Positions 1 through 7,783 of a stretch of DNA of 64,000 bases are shown piece after piece. The translations under genes were made by a program, and so were the position numbers. Source of the stretch: Longimicrobiales bacterium (lineage in GTDB: Bacteria > Gemmatimonadota > Gemmatimonadetes > Longimicrobiales > Gaopeijiaceae); the NCBI GenBank assembly GCA_965226375.1, contig CBDDCX010000008.1, positions 352,001 through 416,000 on the forward strand, read 5' to 3'. Numbering within the stretch: the stretch's first letter is position 1; every line of letters starts with the position of its first letter. The notes beneath the pieces were generated by a model. It saw only the letters and a list, made by a program, of their open reading frames with translations, was not told where the DNA came from and did no database searches.

Positions 1-1761
1 CCAGACCTCCTCGCCCGTGTCCGCGCGGTAGCCCGCGACGAAACCGCGGGCGCCTTCATCTCCTCCGGAGGTACCGGAGATCACCAGGTCTTTGACCACA
101 AGTGGAGCCGACGTGGCACCGTAGTGCTCGCGGTAGTCGGCCATCTCGACGTCCCAGAGCACGCTGCCGGTACGTCGGTGTAGCGCGATGAGGTGGGCGT
201 GGTCAGTCGCTAGGAACACCCGGTTGCCCAGAACCGCCCCGCCTCGGTTGATTCCACCGGCCGCGTCGCCCACGAGCCCGGTCGTGCGGGGTCGGGAGAA
301 GTGCCAGATCTGACGACCGGTTGCGGCGTCCAGCGCATACACCTGGTTGGCCGTGGTTACATACATCGTGCCGTCCACGACCACTGGCGTGACCTGTAGG
401 CGGCTGGCATTCCGAATGGGAAAGAGCCAGTCGAGCCGGAGTTCCGAGACGTTGCCGGCATCGATCCGATCGAGCGTGCTGTGTCGGTTGCCGCTCAGGC
501 GCCCGTGGTAGGTGGGCCAATCTCCGGGCGTGGGGTCGACGATCTCCGAGAAGGGGATGTCGCGGGGCGGTTCGCTCGCTGCGGTTTCCTCGGGGGGCGC
601 CGGCTGGTCGGCGGCAGCGGCTACAAGCGAGCGCACGTATCCGATCAGGGTGTCGAGCTCCCCGTCCTCCAAGGTGGAGGCGGGCATGCCCCCCTCGGGG
701 ATTCCCGCTCGGACCAGCGCCCGAAGCGTCTCCGGGGCGCTCGCACCGACTCCCCCGGGGTGCACGATGCTGGGACCCAACTCGCCACCGGCTCCGTCGC
801 CTCCGTGGCATCGGGCGCACGAGCCCTCGAAGAGCTGTATACCGGACCGCTCTATGTCATGCGGCTCACGGGTGTCGCCATCGGTGGCTTCGGCCCCGAA
901 CACCAGATAACCGAAACGGCTCGGTTCATGGACGTCCGAGAGGGTTGGGGACCAGGCCAGCTCCTCGACGTCTTGGCCGACACTGCGGCTGTAGCGATAG
1001 AAGTTTGCACGCCAGCTATCGCCCGGATCCGGTGTAGGCCCCGCCAGGTCGGAGAAAGGCACCCTCACCTCGGCGACCCACCGCACGTCCTGGTCGCTGC
1101 TGTCCTGGATCGTGCCCTGCACGGTGACTGCACTGGTCATACCCTCGGCGGTGTAGGTCCAGTCGCCTTTGATACCCTGCGAAATCCCGGAGTCGTCGAG
1201 GCTGTTGTGGATGACGGCATCGAAGACGGCCCCCAAAGGATTCCACTGGAGCTCGACGTACTCGGTGAGATCCTCCGGTGTGATGAAGAGTTCGGCTACC
1301 TCCTCTTCCCAGAAACGGCTGTCACGTTCGGTGAACGTTCCCTGGATATCCGAATCGTACACGATCCAGGCCATGTAGAGAGCCGACGCGTCGTAGAACA
1401 GGCGGACCTCGGTCGCGTCTTGGCCCGCGCCGGATCCATCATTGCGGACAAGGCGAAGTTCAGCGGCTGTAGCCCATACGGACTCGGCTAAACGGCCGTC
1501 TATGGTCACTGCTAAAGGGCCGTCTACGGCCACTGCGACGTCGGCTCGGGGGATCGTGATCCGGCTGGGGGAGACGTCGGAGGATTGTTGCGCGTCCACG
1601 ACGGTCGGTGTGATGGTGGCTATGGCCGGGAGAGCAAGTTCGGGAGCCAGCCATGCTGCGGCCCGCGTCCGTCGGGCACACCGACGGTGGAGCTTGCAGC
1701 TCTTGTGCCGACTACAGTCAGGTCGGTCGGGCATGTGGGGGTGCCTCGGTCCCGTGGACAT
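1..1761 (-). CDS. CBM9-like domain + cytochrome c + PQQ-dependent dehydrogenase-type beta-propeller fusion (3' end beyond window)
   Basis: Absent from the ORF track because there is no stop in the window. Manual translation gives an open frame from ATG 1761 (or 1734) to base 1: CBM9-like segment (TEVRLFYDASALY..WEEEVAELFI..WRANFYR), CARCH at 805-819, then DWPTYHG..NRHSTL..QVTPVVVDGTMY..ALDAATGRQIW..INRG..SGGDEGARGFV. Confidence 0.85.
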   Translation of the reverse strand, partial: MSTGPRHPHMPDRPDCSRHKSCKLHRRCARRTRAAAWLAPELALPAIATITPTVVDAQQSSDVSPSRITIPRADVAVAVDGPLAVTIDGRLAESVWATAAELRLVRNDGSGAGQDATEVRLFYDASALYMAWIVYDSDIQGTFTERDSRFWEEEVAELFITPEDLTEYVELQWNPLGAVFDAVIHNSLDDSGISQGIKGDWTYTAEGMTSAVTVQGTIQDSSDQDVRWVAEVRVPFSDLAGPTPDPGDSWRANFYRYSRSVGQDVEELAWSPTLSDVHEPSRFGYLVFGAEATDGDTREPHDIERSGIQLFEGSCARCHGGDGAGGELGPSIVHPGGVGASAPETLRALVRAGIPEGGMPASTLEDGELDTLIGYVRSLVAAAADQPAPPEETAASEPPRDIPFSEIVDPTPGDWPTYHGRLSGNRHSTLDRIDAGNVSELRLDWLFPIRNASRLQVTPVVVDGTMYVTTANQVYALDAATGRQIWHFSRPRTTGLVGDAAGGINRGGAVLGNRVFLATDHAHLIALHRRTGSVLWDVEMADYREHYGATSAPLVVKDLVISGTSGGDEGARGFVAGYRADTGEEVW

Positions 1762-1914
1762 GTGCGCTACACGTGTGGCTTACTCGCGGGCGGGCGTTCA
1801 TGATACGGTTGGGGGCGCGGAGTTCAAAGTGTGACACGACTGTCGAGACGGGCCGTACGTTCCTGGAGTGGAGACGCAGACGTCGTCGATGTCCTTATCT
1901 GGGAGGAAGAAATC

Positions 1915-2481
1915 ATGAGCGCGAGATCCCTGGCATGCGGACTCGTGACCGTGGGTGCGGCCGCTCTCCTGGGCGCTTGCTCTAGCTCGCCCACAGACGA
2001 GGCCGCAGGGCCGGATGGGCCCACCGTGCTGCTCTCCGTCCTCCCCGCAGGCGGGGCCGTAGACATCTCCCTCACCACTGATATCACCGTCGGGTTCAGT
2101 AGAACGATATCCGACAACCTGAGGCACTTCGTAGCTCTGCACGACGGCGACTGTCCGGGGCCGGTCGTGTCCGGAACGTGGACTCGCACGTCGGATGGGA
2201 TGGGGCTCGGCTTTATTCCCTTCGGCCCCCTGATACCGGGCACCGAGTACACCATTCATGTCGGGGGTGGCATGACCGACGGTTTCAGCCAGCTCTTCGA
2301 CCTGCGGCTCCACGGCATCCCGCTAGGTGGAGAGACTGCCACCGAGGAGATGGTGCTCGGACCCGATGGAATGGGGATGGGCGTGGACATGATGGGTGCG
2401 ACGATCACACACACGGGCCTGGGCTGGGCCCACTCCGACGGTACCTACGGGATGGTGTTCCAGTTCACGACCGGCGGCTGA
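1915..2481 (+). CDS. Lipoprotein with Ig-like (Big_5/SbsA-like) domain, Met/His-rich C-terminus
   Basis: GGAGG RBS before ATG 1915; lipobox LLGAC; VLPAGGAVDI..ITVGFS..PLIPGTEYTIHV pattern. Confidence 0.7.
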   Translation: MSARSLACGLVTVGAAALLGACSSSPTDEAAGPDGPTVLLSVLPAGGAVDISLTTDITVGFSRTISDNLRHFVALHDGDCPGPVVSGTWTRTSDGMGLGFIPFGPLIPGTEYTIHVGGGMTDGFSQLFDLRLHGIPLGGETATEEMVLGPDGMGMGVDMMGATITHTGLGWAHSDGTYGMVFQFTTGG

Positions 2482-2538
2482 GCTAGGCAAACCACCTGCC
2501 CATTGCGCGCAGCGGGGTCCGCCGACACCCTATCGCCC

Positions 2539-3807
2539 ATGACTCCCGTTGAGCTCAGTAACTTTGCGAAGTCCCTGACCGCCGAGACGGCGTTTACCGT
2601 CCTCGCCACTGCCAAGATGCTCCAGGCCGGCGGAAAGGACGTGGTCGCACTGGAGATTGGCGACAGCCCGTTCAACACGTCGCCCGCTGCCAAGGCAGCC
2701 GGCATCGAGGCGATCGAGAGCAACCACTCGCGATACTGCGCGTCGCCGGGCCTGCCCGAGCTCCGTGAGGCCGCGGCCCGGTACGTTCGCACCGAGTTCG
2801 GCATTCCTGCCGAGAGCGAGAACGTGGTGGTGGGCTCGGGCGCCAAGGTCTTCGAGCAGTTCTTCTGCGAGGCGTTCCTCGACCCCGGTGACGGGGTGCT
2901 GGTGTTCAGTCCGCACTTCCCGACCTACGTGCCGAATATTTTGCGCCGGGGGGCACGTCCGGTGTTCGCGCCCCTGAAGCAGGCGAACGATTTCCGCCCG
3001 GATCTCACCGACATCGAGCGATTCCTTGCGGACGATCCGTCTCCCAAGGGGATCTTCCTGAACTCGCCTCACAACCCCACGGGTGGTGTTGCTAGCGAGG
3101 CGGACCTGCAGTCCATCGCCGACCTCATCCGGGGCAAGCAGATCGCGGTGTTCAGCGATGAGCCCTACTGCCACATGGTGTGGAAGGGTCGCCACCACTC
3201 GCTGATGGCCCAGCCCGACATGCTGGAGCACGGCGTGGCCGCCTACACGTTCAGCAAGTCCTATAGCATGGGGGGGTGGCGCTTGGGGTTTGCGGTGTCG
3301 TCGCCGACCACGACGGAGCGCATGGGCACCATGATCAACACGACGCTCTCATGCACGCCACCCTTCGTGCAGCTGGCCGGTAGGGCCGCTCTGGAGCACG
3401 ACGGCTCGGAGCGGGATGCGACGATGGACAAATTCCGGGACAAGGTGGCCCTGTTGACCGAGGGTCTCAACCGGATCGATGGTTTACATGCCCTCGAGCC
3501 TCGCGCGACCTTCTACGTGTTCCCGAACGTGGCCCGCGTCTGCAATCGCTTGAGAATCACGAGCCACGGGCTGGCCCTCTATCTTCTGGAGGGGGCGGAT
3601 GACCAGTTCGGTGTGGCGTGCCTGGGCGGAGAGTGTTTCGGCGATGCCGGAGCCGGATTCCTCCGGCTCAGTTGCGCGGCGTCCGACGAGCGGCTCGAGC
3701 AGGCGCTGGACTTCATCCCGACGGCCATCGGCCGGGAGGACAAGGTCCGGGTGTTTCTCGAGGCGCGGCCCGAGTTGAGGTTGACCGAGCCCTATCCGGA
3801 TCCTTAA
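2539..3807 (+). CDS. PLP-dependent aminotransferase class I/II (aspartate aminotransferase-like)
   Basis: NSPHNPTG, SDEPY, FSKSYSMGGWRLG motifs. Confidence 0.9.
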   Translation: MTPVELSNFAKSLTAETAFTVLATAKMLQAGGKDVVALEIGDSPFNTSPAAKAAGIEAIESNHSRYCASPGLPELREAAARYVRTEFGIPAESENVVVGSGAKVFEQFFCEAFLDPGDGVLVFSPHFPTYVPNILRRGARPVFAPLKQANDFRPDLTDIERFLADDPSPKGIFLNSPHNPTGGVASEADLQSIADLIRGKQIAVFSDEPYCHMVWKGRHHSLMAQPDMLEHGVAAYTFSKSYSMGGWRLGFAVSSPTTTERMGTMINTTLSCTPPFVQLAGRAALEHDGSERDATMDKFRDKVALLTEGLNRIDGLHALEPRATFYVFPNVARVCNRLRITSHGLALYLLEGADDQFGVACLGGECFGDAGAGFLRLSCAASDERLEQALDFIPTAIGREDKVRVFLEARPELRLTEPYPDP

Positions 3808-3888
3808 GGGTCGGTCAACTGGACGGCCCAAAGCAGATCTTCGTCATCGACTCGACCGACGGAAGTACGACGCACCTTACCCGGTAGT

Positions 3889-5064
3889 CTATCTCCGGTA
3901 GTCCCGCACCGGCGGTAAACGTGCACCCGTACCACCCGTTGGAGCCTCTTCGGCCACCACGGGCATCCGCAGCGTTCCGATCCCGTCGATCATCGCGACG
4001 ATCTCTTCTCCGGGCTGCAGGAACCGTTGCGCACCACGGACCGCCGTGCCCATCCCCGTCCCGCCCGAGGTTCCGTTGTTGATCACGTCGCCGGGAAAGA
4101 GGGTGACGATCGATGAGGCGTACTCGATTACCTCATAAAGAGTGTGAATCATGTCGCCCGCGGTCGCTTCCTGCATCTGCTCGCCGTTCACGCTCAGGGT
4201 CTGCCTGAGGTTGGCCATCGGGTCGCCGTAGAACTCTTTCGGCACGATCCACGGGCCCATCGGCGCGAAGGTGTCGTGTCCTTTGCCGACGAACCAGTCC
4301 GATCGGAGCGGGTTCCCACCGGGCGGGCGGCCGCCGCGATCCGAAATGTCGATCGAGACCATGTAGCCGAAGATGTAGTCCTGCGCTTCCGGGGCACTCA
4401 CGTACTTCGCGGCGCGGCCGATCACCGTCGCGAGCTCGACCTCCCAGTCAGTGCGGTCGCGGCCGTACGGAATCACCACCGCATCGCCGTTGCCGATGAC
4501 GGCCCCCCTGGTCGGCTTCATGAACAGGTAGGGCACGCCACGATTCTCGCGTCGCGCCCTGCGTGCCGTCGCCCGCTCATCCGGCGTGCCGGTCTCGTCG
4601 ACGTGGCTGTAGAAGTTTACCGCGGCGTTGAGGATCTTTCCCGGATACATGATGGGCGGAAGGGTTCGTACGTTTTCGACCTCGTGCACGAAGTCTGGGC
4701 GAGAGCCCATTGCGAGACTGCCCTCGGCGACCAGATCATTGACGATCTCGTAAAGCCGCGGCTGCAGGCCGTACTCGTATCGGCTGATCAGCTCCAGCAT
4801 GTCCGCCGGCATAGGGATCTTGGGGTACGCCGGATCCATCTCGAGCGCAGCGTTGGCGTCGTTGAGGTTCACGACCAGCTGATCTCGTAGGACGATCCCC
4901 ACCTGGGCCGCACCCTGGATCTCGAACGTGCCGACCTTGAACGGCTCGGCGCTCGTGCGTGCCGGCCCGGCCTGGGCCGAGACAGCCGATACGCCGCTGA
5001 AGGCCCACAAGACGGACCCAAGGACGCCGGCCCGGGCCAGCCTCAGTCGCAGGTTGTTGCGCAT
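3889..5064 (-). CDS. Fumarylacetoacetate hydrolase family protein with N-terminal signal peptide
   Basis: AGGAG RBS before ATG 5064; DWEVELATVIG, DISDR, GKGHDTFAPMGPWIV, PGDVINNGT. Confidence 0.88.
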   Translation of the reverse strand: MRNNLRLRLARAGVLGSVLWAFSGVSAVSAQAGPARTSAEPFKVGTFEIQGAAQVGIVLRDQLVVNLNDANAALEMDPAYPKIPMPADMLELISRYEYGLQPRLYEIVNDLVAEGSLAMGSRPDFVHEVENVRTLPPIMYPGKILNAAVNFYSHVDETGTPDERATARRARRENRGVPYLFMKPTRGAVIGNGDAVVIPYGRDRTDWEVELATVIGRAAKYVSAPEAQDYIFGYMVSIDISDRGGRPPGGNPLRSDWFVGKGHDTFAPMGPWIVPKEFYGDPMANLRQTLSVNGEQMQEATAGDMIHTLYEVIEYASSIVTLFPGDVINNGTSGGTGMGTAVRGAQRFLQPGEEIVAMIDGIGTLRMPVVAEEAPTGGTGARLPPVRDYRR

Positions 5065-5137
5065 CGGACATCTCCTGGTAGGTCCTCTGCTCGATCTCAC
5101 GGTACTCGGCTCGTTGTTGTGGGCACTCCGCTCACTC

Positions 5138-6643
5138 TTAGGCAGTCGGTGCCACGTTCGCGTTGAGCCGGAACAGATTGCCCGGGTCGTACTGGTTCTT
5201 GATCCCGACCAACCGTTGGTAGTTTCGCCCATAGTTGGCGTGGAAGATCTCGTCGGTGGCGTCGGGGTCCCCGTCGTTGTTGTAGCAGCCCTTCGTGCAC
5301 TGCTCGATCTCGGACCAGTATTGCCGCATCCAGGCGATGTGCGGGCTGCCGTCCGACCCGTGCGCCCAATCGGTGATCCCCAACAGGTTGCCGAGGACGT
5401 CGCGGTGCGAGAACGCGGTGTCGTTGTTCGCGACACGGCCGATCGCTCCGCCGCCCTGCTGGTACGTGAGGATCGTGGTCCGATCAGGGTGCCCTTCCAT
5501 GTTGTCCACGATGGCAGTGATCAACTCTGCCGGAAAGTCGGTGAGGAACCCACTCTTGAGATAAGAGGCGCGGGCTCTGAAATCGTCTACGTCGCCAGAC
5601 CGTTGGACCGCCACGTAATCCATGGCTTGAATGGCATCGACCATGGGCGTGCCCAAGTTACGGATCGGGGCGAGTAGCCGCTCCGCGTCGCTCTCGCGTC
5701 CCGAATAACAGACACTGAAGCCGGCCATCCCCGGGGCGCCTCCGGGCGGGTGAACAAGCGCAAAGCTCAGATCGAGCTCGTCCGGGGCCTCCTGACTGTA
5801 GTCTCCGAACAGGCTCACGACGTCGCGTGCTTTGGCGATCGGGAAGAGGATTCGCCCGAAGACCACCGTGCGCTGCATGGGATGCAGCGCGAACTCGAAC
5901 GACGTGACCACGCCGAAGTTGCCTCCGCCTCCCCGCACGCCCCAGAACAGGTCCTGATTCTCATCGGGACTCGCGTGGTAGAGCTCGCCATCGGCCGCTA
6001 CCACGTCGACAGACCGGAGGTTGTCGATGGCGAGACCAAAACGGCGACCGAGCCGACCGAAACCACCCCCCGTAACCAGACCGCCGACACCGGTGTGCGA
6101 AACGGTACCCATCGTCGTGACCAGACCATGGGACATCGCCTCGTGGTCGAGTTGCCCCAACAGGCTTCCGCCCGTGACCTGGGCCCTGCGGGCCTTGGGA
6201 TCTATACGGGTGTTCCGGAAGGGAGACAGGTCGATCATCATGCCCTTGTCGCACGTCGACTTGCCCGAAGCGCTATGGCCTCCGCCCTTCACCGCGACCA
6301 GGATGTCGTTCTCACGCGCAAAGTCGACCGCGCTTCGGATGTCGGCCGTGCCCGTAACCTGCGCGATGAGCGCGGGGTTCCTGTCGAAAGAGGGATTGAG
6401 AATGCGGCGCGCGTCGTCATAGCCGTCGTCTCCACCCAGGAGGAGCTGTCCCTTCATGCGGGCGGCCAGGTCGGCCACATCCGCGCCCTTGAGCGTGATC
6501 TCGCTCCCCCCACCCGTGATCGCATCGATATCGGGCGGTACCTGCTGGAAGGGGTTGTAGCGCGCTCCCAGCAATCGCTTTGCGGGAATCGTGGTAGCTA
6601 TCGCTGCGGCGATCGAACTGCGGACAAAGGTACGTCTCTTCAT
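5138..6643 (-). CDS. FAD-binding oxidoreductase (BBE/vanillyl-alcohol oxidase family), Tat-exported
   Basis: MKRRTFVR Tat motif; KGGGHS; GVGGLVTGGGFG; DLFWGVRGGGGNFGVVT; C-terminal KNQYDPGNLFRLN. Confidence 0.9.
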   Translation of the reverse strand: MKRRTFVRSSIAAAIATTIPAKRLLGARYNPFQQVPPDIDAITGGGSEITLKGADVADLAARMKGQLLLGGDDGYDDARRILNPSFDRNPALIAQVTGTADIRSAVDFARENDILVAVKGGGHSASGKSTCDKGMMIDLSPFRNTRIDPKARRAQVTGGSLLGQLDHEAMSHGLVTTMGTVSHTGVGGLVTGGGFGRLGRRFGLAIDNLRSVDVVAADGELYHASPDENQDLFWGVRGGGGNFGVVTSFEFALHPMQRTVVFGRILFPIAKARDVVSLFGDYSQEAPDELDLSFALVHPPGGAPGMAGFSVCYSGRESDAERLLAPIRNLGTPMVDAIQAMDYVAVQRSGDVDDFRARASYLKSGFLTDFPAELITAIVDNMEGHPDRTTILTYQQGGGAIGRVANNDTAFSHRDVLGNLLGITDWAHGSDGSPHIAWMRQYWSEIEQCTKGCYNNDGDPDATDEIFHANYGRNYQRLVGIKNQYDPGNLFRLNANVAPTA

Positions 6644-6794
6644 GGTCGGCACCCCGTGGGTCGGCGGACTCGAAGCAGACGGATGCTCACGCGGAGACAT
6701 CCACACGATACCATCGCGGATTCGCTAGGGAGGCGGCGGGATCGTAGGGCCTACATTGGGGCGGATCGGGGCGGCTCGCAACAACTCCCGCGGG

Positions 6795-6894
6795 CTACTC
6801 GGCTTCCCCTGCCGAAGCCTGCTCCGTCTTCCTGGAGAACTCTACTCCGTCTCCCTGGCGAAGCCTACTCTGCTCGGCTTCCTCGAGCGGAAGC
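6795..6894. repeat. Four degenerate 23-25 bp tandem units with palindromic cores
   Basis: ctactcggcttcccctgccgaagc / ctgctccgtcttcctggagaact / ctactccgtctccctggcgaagc / ctgctcggcttcctcgagcggaagc. Confidence 0.55.
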
Positions 6895-6897
6895 GTC

Positions 6898-7779
6898 CTA
6901 AGGGTTTGTGAGCCTCTCGCTCAGGCTGCGGAGCCTTGCCCGGGCCTCCAGTTCATAAGCCTGATCGTGTGCTCGGGCCGGCTGTAAGCCGCGGAAGTAC
7001 TGGCCACTCTCCAGGTCGGGTGAGGTGACGAGCTGGAGTACCGCCTCCGCTCCTTCTCCCACCGTGCTCCGCGGACGGAGCCCTCGCTCCACCACCATGT
7101 CCGTGTCCATGTAGGTGGCCGGATGAAGGCTGTTCACCACGACGCCCGTTCCCTCGAGCTCTACGGCGAGATCGAAGGTGAACATCACCTGGGCGAGTTT
7201 GCTCTGCGCGTAGGCCCGTCCATCGTTGTAGCCGCGCTCGAGCATCACGTCGTCGAAGTCGATTGCACGTTGAGCTGCCGATGCGACGTTCACGATGCGA
7301 GATGGAGCGCTGTCGACGATCAGTGGCAGGAGCAGGCGAGTGAGCAGGTATCCCGAGAGGTAGTTCACCTGAAAGTGCAGCTCGTGACCGTCGTCACTGA
7401 CGGGTCGATCGGCACCCTCGAGCCAAATTCCTGCATTGTTGATGAGGATGTCGAGCTTGTCATAGTCCCGCTGGATGGCCTCCGCGAGTTCCCGAACCTC
7501 GGCGTAGGACCCCAGGTCGGCAGCGTAAAAGCGGGCACTGCCGACTCCGTTACGCTCGATCTCGTCGACCAGGGCCTGACCCCGTTCCCGATTCCTGCCG
7601 TGGACGATGATATGGGCACCGGTTGCTGCCAACCTGCTCGCAACCTCGCGGCCCAATCCCCCCGTCGAGCCGGTGACCAGGATCACCTGTTGCCCCTGTC
7701 CGGCGACAGCAGGCGACGTAGCTGCGGCGGCAAAGAGCCAGATTCCGAAGGAAAGCGCCGCACGCGTCGAGGCGACCAT
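6898..7779 (-). CDS. Short-chain dehydrogenase/reductase with apparent signal peptide
   Basis: TGSTGGLG, INNAG, YAQSK; hydrophobic N-terminus ending AVA-GQ. Confidence 0.9.
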   Translation of the reverse strand: MVASTRAALSFGIWLFAAAATSPAVAGQGQQVILVTGSTGGLGREVASRLAATGAHIIVHGRNRERGQALVDEIERNGVGSARFYAADLGSYAEVRELAEAIQRDYDKLDILINNAGIWLEGADRPVSDDGHELHFQVNYLSGYLLTRLLLPLIVDSAPSRIVNVASAAQRAIDFDDVMLERGYNDGRAYAQSKLAQVMFTFDLAVELEGTGVVVNSLHPATYMDTDMVVERGLRPRSTVGEGAEAVLQLVTSPDLESGQYFRGLQPARAHDQAYELEARARLRSLSERLTNP

Positions 7780-7783
7780 GTGG

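Noticed and set aside
481..1491. 336-aa + strand ORF and similar long ORFs (26307-27809, 38324-39847, 40633-42297, 50539-51879, 51671-53203)
   Set aside because: Antisense or off-frame shadows of well-supported genes; expected in high-GC DNA and without recognisable motifs.
3808..3887. Short peptide DGPKQIFVIDSTDGSTTHLTR resembling a TolB/PD40 repeat
   Set aside because: About 25 codons with no start; may be a relic but is too short to support.
6795..6894. Possible CRISPR array (also considered for 20550-20624)
   Set aside because: Units are adjacent without unique spacers, are degenerate or coding, and no cas genes are present.
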